64,000 nt of DNA from Sphingomonas sp. (GCF_031361285.1 NZ_JANMCO010000046.1:11886-75885), one strand, 5' to 3'. Counted from the first letter of the stretch, positions 10,645-20,725 are shown. Program-made: numbers and translations. Notes: a model not told the origin generated them from the sequence alone.

Positions 10645-11151
10645 TTAGCCCATCCGATAATATCCCGCGAGCCGGTCGAGGGCCAAGGTTAGCACCAGCT
10701 TGCCGGCCCGCGCCGGCCAGCCGAGCGCCGTTTCGGCCTCACGCATGCCCTCGCCCGCGCAAACCACGCGCCACAAGATGTCGGACAGCCCCGGCCCGAC
10801 GCTGGCGACCGCGGCGTGAAACCGCCGACGGGCATCGAGCTGGCCGGACGAAGGTTCTGGTCCCGGTGACGCTCCGCCACACCCGCGGGCGATCGGCGCC
10901 GCATCCCAGGACATCGTCACGCGGGGGGCAAGCTGAGACCGTTCCCAGTCCATCCGCAGCCGCTCCCCGGCATCAAACTGGAGCCGGCTGACCAGGCCGC
11001 GCGACAGCAGCCAGCCAAGCGGCGATTCCGCGAGGTTGACCGTCACCGACCGCGCCGAGCGCCGGATCGCCGGGCCGGTCGCCGACGCCGGCATGCCGAG
11101 CCCACCGATGGCGCGCTCCTGCAACAACCGCGCCTGTCTAATTTTGCTCAT
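10645..11151 (-). CDS. DUF6456 protein (like the GafA C-terminal domain / GafZ)
   Basis: VNLAESPLGWL, QFDAGERLRMDWERS, VGPGLSDILWRVVC, ETALGWPARAGKLVL. Confidence 0.85.
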   Translation of the reverse strand: MSKIRQARLLQERAIGGLGMPASATGPAIRRSARSVTVNLAESPLGWLLSRGLVSRLQFDAGERLRMDWERSQLAPRVTMSWDAAPIARGCGGASPGPEPSSGQLDARRRFHAAVASVGPGLSDILWRVVCAGEGMREAETALGWPARAGKLVLTLALDRLAGYYRMG

Positions 11152-11205
11152 TAAATTTCCTCTCGCCGGACCAATGGACCACTGAGGTCTTGCCACAGCG
11201 GCGAA

Positions 11206-11237
11206 ACTGTAGGACAGTGAAAAAACCAGTTTGGTTA
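11206..11237. promoter_or_regulatory. Two inverted repeats (candidate operators) in the DUF6456/XRE intergenic region
   Basis: ACTGT-AGG-ACAGT (11206-11218) and AACCA-GTT-TGGTT (11224-11236). Confidence 0.55.
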
Positions 11238-11258
11238 GGATAATCTGGAGGCAGACTG

Positions 11259-11822
11259 ATGATCACGCGGATTCGTGAAGTGCGCCGCGCACGGGCGATG
11301 ACCCTCGACGATGTTGCCCGCGCCTGCGTTCCGCCGACCACGCCGCAGACCATCGGCCGCCTCGAAACCGGGACCCGCACCGTATCGGTCGGCTGGCTCA
11401 ACCGCATCGCTGCCGCGCTTAAGGTCGAAGCCTCAGACCTCGTCGATCATGGCGATCGGGCGGATCTCGGCGTTGTCGCAATTCTTGGAGCCGGCGGCGC
11501 GTCGGCGCCAAAACGAACCGCACTGGTCGTTCCGCCGCGGGCGAGCGCGGGCCAGGTCGCAGTGACCGTCTCGGCCAGTCTCGGCGACTATCGCGCCGGC
11601 GACGAAGTCTGGTGCGACGTGTTGCAGCCCGAGGACTTCACCCAGGCGCTCAATCGCGACGTGCTGATCCCGCGACCGGCGGGCCGATTCCTGTTCGGCC
11701 GCCTGATCGGTCGCGAAGATGGCAAACTCCACATGCTGCCGCCCGGGGCCGGCGGCCGCCAGAGCGTCGTCGCCGATCCGCCATGGCTGGCGGTCGCGGT
11801 TCGGCTAGTCCGGAGCCTCTAG
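11259..11822 (+). CDS. XRE-family HTH regulator with a degenerate S24-like C-terminal domain
   Basis: RIREVRRARAMTLDDVA...QTIGRLETG HTH; divergent from the DUF6456 gene. Confidence 0.88.
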   Translation: MITRIREVRRARAMTLDDVARACVPPTTPQTIGRLETGTRTVSVGWLNRIAAALKVEASDLVDHGDRADLGVVAILGAGGASAPKRTALVVPPRASAGQVAVTVSASLGDYRAGDEVWCDVLQPEDFTQALNRDVLIPRPAGRFLFGRLIGREDGKLHMLPPGAGGRQSVVADPPWLAVAVRLVRSL

Positions 11823-11856
11823 GGAATTTGGTTCAGACGCTCCCCGCGCTGAACTT

Positions 11857-11932
11857 TGGTGGGCGCTGACGGGCTCGAACCGCCGACCCTCTCGGTGTAA
11901 ACGAGATGCTCTACCAACTGAGCTAAGCGCCC
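11857..11932 (-). tRNA. tRNA-Val(TAC)
   Basis: GGGCGCTTAGCTCAGTTGGTAGAGC, anticodon loop TTTACAC, GGTTCGAGCCC, CCA end; 76 nt. Confidence 0.97.
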
Positions 11933-11993
11933 GTGCGAGGATCGCGTTTGCGGTGCCACGGGCCGGGCGCTTGGGCAAGTCAGCCGCGGGCGA

Positions 11994-12920
11994 TCACACC
12001 ACCGCAGGCTGGCCGATGTCGGCGAAATAGCGACGCAGGGCCTGGCTCGCCTGCGGGGCGAGTTCGACGAAAACCCGCCGGCCATCATGCGGATCGGCGC
12101 GGCGCTCAAAAATTCCCTGCTGGGTCATCGTCTTGAGCCAGCGTAGTGCCGTTGTGGCGGGTACCGACGCAGCGATGCACAGGCTCGATACCGGCACGCG
12201 GAGCTGAGTAAGTTCAGCCTGGAGCAAGTCGAGCAGCATGTCCCAGGCAGGGTCGGCGAACATATTTTCGTCAAAGTAGCGGGCGCGCAACCGCCGCGCT
12301 TGAATGACGTTTCGCACCGTTTCCGCGGAAACCTGTGGCAGGTCGCCCGATACAGGCGGCATTTCGGTCAGCCGTGGCGAAGAGGCCGGGCCGGTCGACA
12401 ATCTCGCCAGGGTCGACGCAATTCGGCTGACTTCGTCACTTAGCTGGCGCAGCCGGGTCGCATTCTGGTCCGATGCGACATCCGACAGGCGATCGGGACG
12501 GCCGGCAGTGCTCAACGCAACCGCGAGCGCCGCCGTGCGATCGGCCTCGTCACCGTCGACAACCAACGCGATCCCGCCGTCACCAAGCCGCGCCTCAATC
12601 GCGTCTATCAGCTTAGACGGAGCTGCGACGATTGCCGGGTATCGCCCGTGCGCGACATCCCGATTTACATGATCGAGCAGCCGGTCCATCGGCGCCCCGC
12701 GATCGTCGTCCAGTTCGATCCACAAGGCCGACGCCGCCGCCTGCCGGTCAATCCGTTCCAGCGCCGCCTCGATGTCAACGGAATCGGCGATCCTCAACCC
12801 GCAGGCTTCGACGGTTCGGGCGGCGCGCTGGAGCGCGGCATCGCTGTCCCCGGCAATCAGGATCGGAGGGCGATCGAAACCGCTCTGCGAACTCGCCGCG
12901 CCGGCCAAATAATCGGTCAT
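11994..12920 (-). CDS. Winged-helix (MarR-like) regulator with a degenerate receiver-like N-terminus
   Basis: FADPAWDMLLDL...VPATTALRW...DPHDGRRVFVEL. Confidence 0.8.
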   Translation of the reverse strand: MTDYLAGAASSQSGFDRPPILIAGDSDAALQRAARTVEACGLRIADSVDIEAALERIDRQAAASALWIELDDDRGAPMDRLLDHVNRDVAHGRYPAIVAAPSKLIDAIEARLGDGGIALVVDGDEADRTAALAVALSTAGRPDRLSDVASDQNATRLRQLSDEVSRIASTLARLSTGPASSPRLTEMPPVSGDLPQVSAETVRNVIQARRLRARYFDENMFADPAWDMLLDLLQAELTQLRVPVSSLCIAASVPATTALRWLKTMTQQGIFERRADPHDGRRVFVELAPQASQALRRYFADIGQPAVV

Positions 12921-13076
12921 TGATTAGTCCCTTCGAAAGTCGGGACCGAGCAACTTTGGTTGATAGCGCGCATTGTGGAGTAGAGTCAGACGATTTCGGT
13001 ATCCATATTGGATGCTTCGCAACTGAGTAGCAATGAACCGGCGACTATACCCATTCACCTGGACGGGAGAGTATGC

Positions 13077-13343
13077 GTGGAGCGATTGGGTGACCGGCCA
13101 ACGGCCGAGCGAGGGCGGTGGTTGGCTGAGTTGGCCGACGCCATTGCCGAGGCGCAACGGGTGGCTCGGTGCTTGAGCACATCAACAGCCGATTGTCCCG
13201 AAGCGAAAACTCTCCACGGCCGCCTGGAATTGGTCCGAATTGAAGTCGAGAACCTGCGCCGGGGTGGCTGGAGCTCCCAGCCGACGAAGATTGATCCAAG
13301 TTGGACCAGTCTCTTCCCGTGGCGGGGCCGGCCCAAATTCTAG
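13077..13343 (+). CDS. Small hypothetical protein
   Basis: GTG start after GGAGA; helical ERGRWLAELADAIAEAQR; start uncertain. Confidence 0.55.
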   Translation: MERLGDRPTAERGRWLAELADAIAEAQRVARCLSTSTADCPEAKTLHGRLELVRIEVENLRRGGWSSQPTKIDPSWTSLFPWRGRPKF

Positions 13344-14164
13344 ATGCCTTGCGGAATGTCACCCCCGCCGGCGAATTCTTCCAGCCAAGGCCAGATTGCC
13401 GGCGCCTGCCAACCGCCGGTCGCGACGAAACCACGGTTGAGAAAGGCTTTCTTGCCATAACGAAGCGACGATCCATCGGGCCCGTCGACACGCCCGCCGG
13501 CGGCAATCAGAACGGCATGGCCGGCGCCGGTATCCCATTCGCTGGTTGGTGACAGCCGCGGGTAGATGTCGGCTTTTCCTTCGGCGACAATACAAAACTT
13601 CAACGAAGAGCCGACCGCGACGTAGCCGCAGCCGCTGGCCGTCTTCGCCAGATAATCGGCCGTCGCTTGGTTGAAGTGCGATTTGGAAGCCACTGCAGTT
13701 AACTCCGGTCCGGGCCTGCGCGTTGCAATCGACCGCCGACCACCGTCGTCTTCCATCCATGCCCCATGACCCACCAATCCGCCGTGAAGCACTCCCCGCG
13801 CGGGGGCGAACACGACACCCAGGCGCGGCATTCCGTCGCTGATCAACCCGATGTTCACGGTGTAGTCGTCACCGCCGCGGATGAATTCCTTGGTGCCGTC
13901 GAGCGGATCGACCAGGAAATACAGTTGGTCATGGGCAGGTATGCGCCCGGCGGCAACCTCTTCTTCCGCGATCACCGGGACGCCGGGGGCAGCGCGGGCC
14001 AACGCCGCGAGGATGATTAGCTCGGCCGCGCGGTCGGCCTCCGTGACCGGCGACGCGTCCCGCTTGCTCTCGACCTCGAACCCACGCGCGACGATCTGCA
14101 GGATCGCCTCGCCGGCTTCGCGCGCCGCGATCGCGATGGAGTCGAGAAGCTTCAGCTCTTCCAA
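13340..14164 (-). CDS. cysQ: 3'(2'),5'-bisphosphate nucleotidase
   Basis: SPVTEAD, LVDPLDGTKEF, GSSLKFC, EWDTGAGHAVL; start uncertain (TTG). Confidence 0.92.
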   Translation of the reverse strand: MEELKLLDSIAIAAREAGEAILQIVARGFEVESKRDASPVTEADRAAELIILAALARAAPGVPVIAEEEVAAGRIPAHDQLYFLVDPLDGTKEFIRGGDDYTVNIGLISDGMPRLGVVFAPARGVLHGGLVGHGAWMEDDGGRRSIATRRPGPELTAVASKSHFNQATADYLAKTASGCGYVAVGSSLKFCIVAEGKADIYPRLSPTSEWDTGAGHAVLIAAGGRVDGPDGSSLRYGKKAFLNRGFVATGGWQAPAIWPWLEEFAGGGDIPQGI

Positions 14165-14175
14165 AATGCTCGTGC

Positions 14176-14955
14176 CTAACGGGGCGCCATGCGGATGCCG
14201 CCGTCGAGCCGGATGGCTTCCGCGTTCAAATACGGTGTTTCGACCACGAAGCATGCCAATTTGGCATATTCCTCTGGCCGGCCGAGCCGCTTGGGAAACG
14301 GCACCTGGGCCCCCAGCGCGTCCTGCACATTTTCGGGCATCATCGCCACCATTGGCGTCTTGAATACGCCCGGCAGGATGGTGTTGACCCGCACCCCGTC
14401 GTTCATCAGGTCGCGCGCGATCGGCAGCGCCATTGCCAGCACCCCGCCCTTCGACGCCGAATAAGCGACCTGGCCGATCTGCCCGTCCTGCGCGGCGACC
14501 GAGGCGGTATTGATGATGCAGCCGCGCTCATTGTCCGCCAGCGGTTCGAGCCCGACCATCCCCGCCGCGGAATGCGCGATGCAGCGAAAAGTCCCGACCA
14601 GGTTGATCGCGATTGCCAGCTCGAACTGTTGCATTGGATAAAATTTGATCTCCCCCGTCAGCTTGTCGCGGCCGACCGTCTTGGCGGCGTTGGCGACGCC
14701 GGCGCAATTGACCAGCACGCGTTCCTGGCCGTGGGCCGCGCGCGCCTTGGCGAAAGCCGCCGCGACTTTCTCGTCGCTGGTCACGTCAACTTCGCAGAAG
14801 ATGCCGCCGATCTCTTTGGCAATTTTTTCGCCCTTGTCGGCGTCGCGGTCGAACACTGCGACCTTGGCCCCGCGCCGCGCGAGTTCGCGCGCCGTCGCTT
14901 CGCCCAGCCCCGACGCGCCACCGGTAACGACCGCCGAAATTCCTTGGATGTCCAT
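14176..14955 (-). CDS. SDR oxidoreductase (type II 3-hydroxyacyl-CoA dehydrogenase-like)
   Basis: TGGASGLG, NTASVAAQDGQIGQVAYSASKGG. Confidence 0.92.
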   Translation of the reverse strand: MDIQGISAVVTGGASGLGEATARELARRGAKVAVFDRDADKGEKIAKEIGGIFCEVDVTSDEKVAAAFAKARAAHGQERVLVNCAGVANAAKTVGRDKLTGEIKFYPMQQFELAIAINLVGTFRCIAHSAAGMVGLEPLADNERGCIINTASVAAQDGQIGQVAYSASKGGVLAMALPIARDLMNDGVRVNTILPGVFKTPMVAMMPENVQDALGAQVPFPKRLGRPEEYAKLACFVVETPYLNAEAIRLDGGIRMAPR

Positions 14956-15198
14956 GCTCGTGCCTTCGCTTGATGCTGGCCCGGCCAGCGCTGGTGCGGG
15001 CCTATGCGATGGATTTGTCCGATCACCAAGTGGGTCGCCAACCGGCAAGGTGATGCAAGGGAAACACGCTCCGTCGGCCAAGACCATCTAATCGTCGAGA
15101 ATCGAGATAGAAACCGCTGACATTCCAATCGGTCCGTGGCAGATTCGATAAAGCGGCCATATGGCTATCGTTCATAAAGCCAAGGCTAGGGGACAGGC

Positions 15199-16503
15199 AT
15201 GAACTCGTACTCAATTCGTTGGCTCGCTGGCGCGGCCCTATTACTCGACGTCGGCGCTGCCGCTTCGGCGCAGCAAACTATTCCAAGCACGGCGTTTCAG
15301 GCGCCCTTGCCTTCCGCCAGCGCAGTCAACGCTTTCTACGGTCGATGGTCGACCCCGATGTGGTTCCGCGGCAGCATGCCCAATGCCGCCGTTCCGCAGC
15401 TGGTGAATATCTTGAAACGGGCGCCATTCGATGGCCTTGCGACGGGGCCACAACTTGCCGCCCAGGTCGAAGCGGTGGCGGCGCAGGCGCAGAGCGGTAA
15501 CGCGACTGACATCGCGTCGGCCGAGCGAGTGCTGTCGACCGCCTGGGTCGAATATGCGCTGGCGGTCAAGCGGCCGACCACGGGTATGATCTATGCCTAC
15601 GACGTGCTGAAGCCCCGGGGTGGCCGGGCCGATCAGATCCTGTTGACCGCGGCGGCGGCGCCTTCGCTGACGCAATACATAACGTCGGTTGCAAACGTGA
15701 ATCCAATTTACGCTCAGTTGCGCGATACCGCGTGGGCGCAGGCTCAAGCGAGCGGCAATCTCACACCCGATCCGCGGCTGCTTGCAAACCTTGATCGGGT
15801 GCGCTCATTGCCCGCCAGCGGCCGGTTTCTGTTGGTCGATGCCGGATCGTCGATGCTGACGCTTTACCAGAACGGGCAGCCGATCGATTCGATGAAGGTC
15901 ATTACCGGCACCAATGAGCTGCCGACGCCGCTCATCGCCAGCGTCATGTATTACATCACTTACAATCCCTATTGGCATGCACCTGACCATTTGGTGCGCA
16001 AGACAATCGCGCCCAATGCGGTGCACCTCGGCCAATCCTATCTGAAGTCGCACGGCTACGAGGTGATCGACGAATGGAGCGAGAATTCAAAGGTCATCGA
16101 TCCGGCCACAGTCGACTGGAAGGGTGCCGCAGCCGGGACGGTCCACCTTCGGGTGAGACAGCGGCCTGGTCCTCTGAACTCGATGGGAATTTTGAAATTC
16201 CCGTTCCCGAACCCTCAGGACATCTATCTCCACGACACGCCGGACCATGCGAAGTTCGCACTGGCCAACCGTAACCTCAGCAACGGCTGTGTACGCGTCG
16301 AAGATGCCAAGCGGCTCGGACGCTGGCTGCTCGGTTCTGAGCCAACATGGCCGGGAAAAGAAGCGGAGACGCGTGTCCAGCTGGCGCAAGGCACGCAGGT
16401 CTACCTGACCTACATCACGGCGCAGGTGAAAGACGGCAAGCTCGCCTATCGGCCCGACATTTACGGTTGGGACCGCGCCGCGCCGCAATTCGCGTCAAAC
16501 TAA
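15199..16503 (+). CDS. L,D-transpeptidase (YcbB/LdtD-like)
   Basis: Signal peptide; NPYW, QRPGPLNSMGILKFPFPN, IYLHDTP, SNGCVRV. Confidence 0.9.
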   Translation: MNSYSIRWLAGAALLLDVGAAASAQQTIPSTAFQAPLPSASAVNAFYGRWSTPMWFRGSMPNAAVPQLVNILKRAPFDGLATGPQLAAQVEAVAAQAQSGNATDIASAERVLSTAWVEYALAVKRPTTGMIYAYDVLKPRGGRADQILLTAAAAPSLTQYITSVANVNPIYAQLRDTAWAQAQASGNLTPDPRLLANLDRVRSLPASGRFLLVDAGSSMLTLYQNGQPIDSMKVITGTNELPTPLIASVMYYITYNPYWHAPDHLVRKTIAPNAVHLGQSYLKSHGYEVIDEWSENSKVIDPATVDWKGAAAGTVHLRVRQRPGPLNSMGILKFPFPNPQDIYLHDTPDHAKFALANRNLSNGCVRVEDAKRLGRWLLGSEPTWPGKEAETRVQLAQGTQVYLTYITAQVKDGKLAYRPDIYGWDRAAPQFASN

Positions 16504-16760
16504 CGCGGAAGCCACCATTGACCGCGAGTGCGTGGCAACGGCTCGCTGCTGGCGGCAAATAGCGTCATCGACGGGTAATTTCGACGATCTTGTAAACGCG
16601 CCGGGTAGAAGCGCCCTGCTGTCCCGCTGGGATGGAAATGCGGCGATGGGTTCGCGGCGGGCGCGTCGTTGCAAGTCGCCCGCACATTGATAGCGCAAGC
16701 TTAGCCTAGCCAACGGGGCGGAGGCCCCAGGCCCAGCTCCACCGGCCAAATTCTCAGCAC

Positions 16761-16805
16761 AAAGAAAACCGGCCCGGAGGCGAACCTCCGAGCCGGCATT
16801 CTTTT
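16761..16805. terminator. Bidirectional intrinsic terminator
   Basis: CCGGCCCGGAGG-CGAA-CCTCCGAGCCGG, with an A-run on the left and a T-rich run on the right, between convergent genes. Confidence 0.8.
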
Positions 16806-16880
16806 CAAGACCGTCAGCCGAGCTGACGCCTCGCCTCAGGACCCCCCGCGAAGTACCACTTTGCGGGATGGTTCCCCTTG

Positions 16881-17735
<855 letters not shown>

Positions 17736-17891
17736 AATTGTCCCCTTTCACGTGCGTTCTGAAATTGAACTGCCGGAACACATTATGAGAGCGCTTGTTT
17801 CCGCGCAAGGTGGCTGTTCTCTCAAATTGTTGCACAAAAGCCTCACATGGCCTCAGATTGGTATTCAAGTCATTGAAACACATGCAATTTA

Positions 17892-18356
17892 TTACATTTC
17901 AATAAGTCCGTGCTGGCGCATGGTAGCAAGGACTAATCCGATCGCTGTTCGGGCTTCCGAATCGATTGTGGTTCCGCCCGCGGGGGCCACGATTGCCAGG
18001 GCTCGCGATCCCACCACTTTCAGGCCGTCGACCGCCAGTTGCGACCCATTGAGCGTTCCAATCTCCCACGCGCCGCCATGATACACCGCGATTTTCCCGT
18101 TGCTGGCGACATAGAAACTCATGCCGTCGCGCGGCGCGACGAAGCGCCAACCGCCGCTGGTAAAGGCCGCAAGCTGTTGCGCGTGACCGACCCAAAGGCC
18201 GGTCGGGCTGCCAGCAATGATATAGCAATTGCCGATTGTCGGGCTGGCGGGCGGCGCCGCGAGCGGAAGTCCTTCGACGGCGCCCGCCACCAGCACGTCC
18301 ATGACCTGTAACGCTTCGTTGTGGAACAATTCCTTCTGGGCTTGGCCGGCAACTTG
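17892..18356 (-). pseudogene. 5'-truncated DUF2793 protein (GTA/phage tail-fibre-like)
   Basis: GQAQKELFHNEAL, GLWVGHAQQLA, GGWRFVAPRDGM, DSEARTAI; in-frame TGA at 18357-18359 just upstream, no ATG, usual N-terminal residues missing. Confidence 0.75.
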
Positions 18357-18369
18357 TCACTATTCCTGT

Positions 18370-18420
18370 CATGTACCCAATGAGCGTGACGATGTCAAGC
18401 ATTATTTACCGGTTTGGTTA
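18370..18420 (-). promoter_or_regulatory. Sigma70-type promoter with an upstream AT-rich motif, reading into the DUF2793 remnant
   Basis: TTGACA (18398-18393), 17-nt spacer, TACATG (weak -10); ACCGGTTTGGTTA at 18408-18420. Confidence 0.6.
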
Positions 18421-18444
18421 TTTAATTCTGGGAGATTGTGCCAC

Positions 18445-18750
18445 ATGACTCATGTCCGCGTCTGGCAATTCCAGCCCGCCCCTGGGCGCGAAAGTGATTT
18501 CGTGGCGGCCTATTCCGGCGGCAGCGTCTGGGCAAAGCTGTTCGACCAGGCCGAAGGGTTTGTCGGCACGACCTTGCTCACACCGATTAAATCCGGCGGG
18601 CCTTATTTAACCCTCGACCGGTGGGAGTCATTGGGCGCATTCGAGCGCTTCCAGGATGTTTTCGGGGACGCCTATCGCCGCCTCGATATCACAATGGAGA
18701 CGCTGACAGCTGGTGAAGTCTTTATCGGCGCGTTCGACAATCGTTCGTGA
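18445..18750 (+). CDS. ABM-like (antibiotic biosynthesis monooxygenase fold) protein
   Basis: WQFQPAPGRESDF, EGFVGTTLL, YLTLDRWES; GGAG RBS. Confidence 0.7.
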   Translation: MTHVRVWQFQPAPGRESDFVAAYSGGSVWAKLFDQAEGFVGTTLLTPIKSGGPYLTLDRWESLGAFERFQDVFGDAYRRLDITMETLTAGEVFIGAFDNRS

Positions 18751-18759
18751 ATTCAGCTT

Positions 18760-19362
18760 CTAGCGGAACGCGGCGTTGGCGGCGGTGACGATTTTCCACT
18801 GCGTCGACGGCGTGGTACTGGCGCTGCGCACCGTCGGGGCCAGCGGTACGTAATGGCCGCCCGAACCACCAAAGGCGAAATGGCTGTGATCGCCCTCGTC
18901 GAGCGATTCCATCAGATGATATCCGGCGTTGCGAAAGGCGGCGGCGATCTGCGCATGGGTAACGCCCGGCCGGCGCGCGATGTCGACCGCCCGTCCGCTC
19001 AAATGCCAGCTGTTGCGGACCCCGCCGACAGCGTGATTGTGGGCGACCGAGCGGATCATGCTGGTCACTCTTCCCCATTGGGCGCCAAGGCTGGCCACGG
19101 CGCGCAAATTGACCCTCGACCCCAACGGCAACGACGGATTGGTGAACAATGGATTGTTCAACCGCGCGGGCGTCGGATTATTCGACGCCAGCAGCGCCTT
19201 GGACGCCGAATTGGTGACGACGGTGGTGATTTGCCCGGAATTGGTGCGGACCCCGACCGTGCGAACTCCGACCGTGCGGATGCCGAAATCGGTTGTGCTC
19301 GACGCCGCCCAGGCTTCGGTCGCACTCATCAACAGCGCCAAACTCACCAACGATTTCAACAT
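18760..19362 (-). CDS. Secreted peptidase M15-like (D-Ala-D-Ala metallopeptidase fold) protein
   Basis: Signal peptide; TSMIRS, HNHAVGGVRNSWHLSGRAVDI, EGDHSHFAF. Confidence 0.8.
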   Translation of the reverse strand: MLKSLVSLALLMSATEAWAASSTTDFGIRTVGVRTVGVRTNSGQITTVVTNSASKALLASNNPTPARLNNPLFTNPSLPLGSRVNLRAVASLGAQWGRVTSMIRSVAHNHAVGGVRNSWHLSGRAVDIARRPGVTHAQIAAAFRNAGYHLMESLDEGDHSHFAFGGSGGHYVPLAPTVRSASTTPSTQWKIVTAANAAFR

Positions 19363-19612
19363 GGGACCCCCCGGGACTCCGACTCGCATTACACCGGTTG
19401 CGCAGGCCGGACAATTGCTGGCCGGCCGGTGTCCCAATCCGCACCATCGCCCGCCCTGGAGCCCGCCCCAGCGACCGACTCCACAGGCCGTTGCGCCCAT
19501 GGTAAGCCGCATCGTCAGCCCGCTTTCAAGCGCCATTAGGGGCCTGCACGCCATCCTTTTGCAGACCCGGCTGACGAGTAAGCGATCAGTTTCTTCAACA
19601 GGGGCGAAAACC

Positions 19613-20140
19613 ATGACCAAGACTCTATTCCTGGCGACATTCTTACTGTCGTCGCTTCCCTTGGCGGCTTGCAACAAGCCGGCCAGCCAGGCTGACGGCA
19701 CCGCGGCCACGGCCACCGCCGCCGCCACCGCCGCCGCTGCAGTCAAGGCTGTCGAAGCCGAGATGCTCGCGGCGTTCGCGACAAAGGATGCCGCGAAGCT
19801 CATATCGCAATATGCGTCGGATGCGGTGCTCGCCCTCCCTGGCCGCACCGTCAAGGGCACCGAGGAGATCACCAAAGCCTACACTCAGGATCTCGCCGAT
19901 CCGGCCTTCTCCTTGGCCTTCGTCAACGACAAGACCGATGTCGCCGCATCCGCCGACCTCGCCTACACCAGCGGCACCTTCAATGTGAGCTCCACCAACC
20001 CGCAAACCAAGGCGGTCGAGAAGGTCGCCGGCACCTACGTCACCGTGTTCCGCAAGCAGGCCGACGGATCGTGGAAGGCGGTCGCCGACATCGCCACCCC
20101 CGGCGCCCCGCCGGCAGCCGCGGCCGCACCTCCAGCCTGA
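19613..20140 (+). CDS. NTF2-like/DUF4440 lipoprotein
   Basis: Lipobox LAAC; YASDAVL, SADLAYTSG, GTYVTVFRKQADGSWKAVADI. Confidence 0.85.
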   Translation: MTKTLFLATFLLSSLPLAACNKPASQADGTAATATAAATAAAAVKAVEAEMLAAFATKDAAKLISQYASDAVLALPGRTVKGTEEITKAYTQDLADPAFSLAFVNDKTDVAASADLAYTSGTFNVSSTNPQTKAVEKVAGTYVTVFRKQADGSWKAVADIATPGAPPAAAAAPPA

Positions 20141-20398
20141 GCCTCTGACGGTCGCCGGCCGCCAACCCGATCGATCGAAGCGCGGCTCGCGGAGGTTCGG
20201 TGCATATCGCGCCGGGCCCTCGCGAGCCGCCTTCGGGCCAAGGCCACCTTCCGCGTGCCAAATTCGAACGGCCGGTTTTCCGACCATTGCGGAAGGTGAT
20301 TCACCCATCCTAGACTCGTCGCGACGATAAGCGGTGCATCAACAAGCCTGGTTGCTGCGTTGGTAACTGTGTCCGCAAGGATGAATCGGGATGGCGCG

Positions 20399-20725
20399 AT
20401 GAAATACAAGTTTGCGGTGTTGGCTCTGATCCTCAGCCCGTCGGCGGCTGTTGCCGCCGCGCAACTGCCGCCGCTCAAGAACCCCGCCGTCCTCAACATT
20501 GGCTTCGTCTGCCGCTGGGACGATCGCTGCATCGACCGCCAAAAAGGCGCGATGCGCGACGCGCTCAAATTTGTCGCCAAATACCCGCCGCCGCCGTGGA
20601 AGATCCAGCTGTGCAATCGCAACGCCGGCCGCAACGGCACCCGCGTCGACTGGGTCGGCTTCCACAATTGCGTTCGCAACGCGGAGCTTCGCCCGCCGCC
20701 CAAGCCCAAGTATCGCCGCCGCTAG
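20399..20725 (+). CDS. Small secreted hypothetical protein with 4 Cys
   Basis: Signal peptide MKYKFAVLALIL; high-GC3 codon usage. Confidence 0.7.
   Translation: MKYKFAVLALILSPSAAVAAAQLPPLKNPAVLNIGFVCRWDDRCIDRQKGAMRDALKFVAKYPPPPWKIQLCNRNAGRNGTRVDWVGFHNCVRNAELRPPPKPKYRRR

Noticed and set aside
16504-16760. Short ORFs or an ncRNA downstream of the L,D-transpeptidase
   Set aside because: No RBS, recognisable motif or convincing fold; left unassigned.
19571-19610. CTGACGAG...CGAAA hammerhead-like core
   Set aside because: No convincing stem II or flanking stems; the segment includes the RBS of the next gene.
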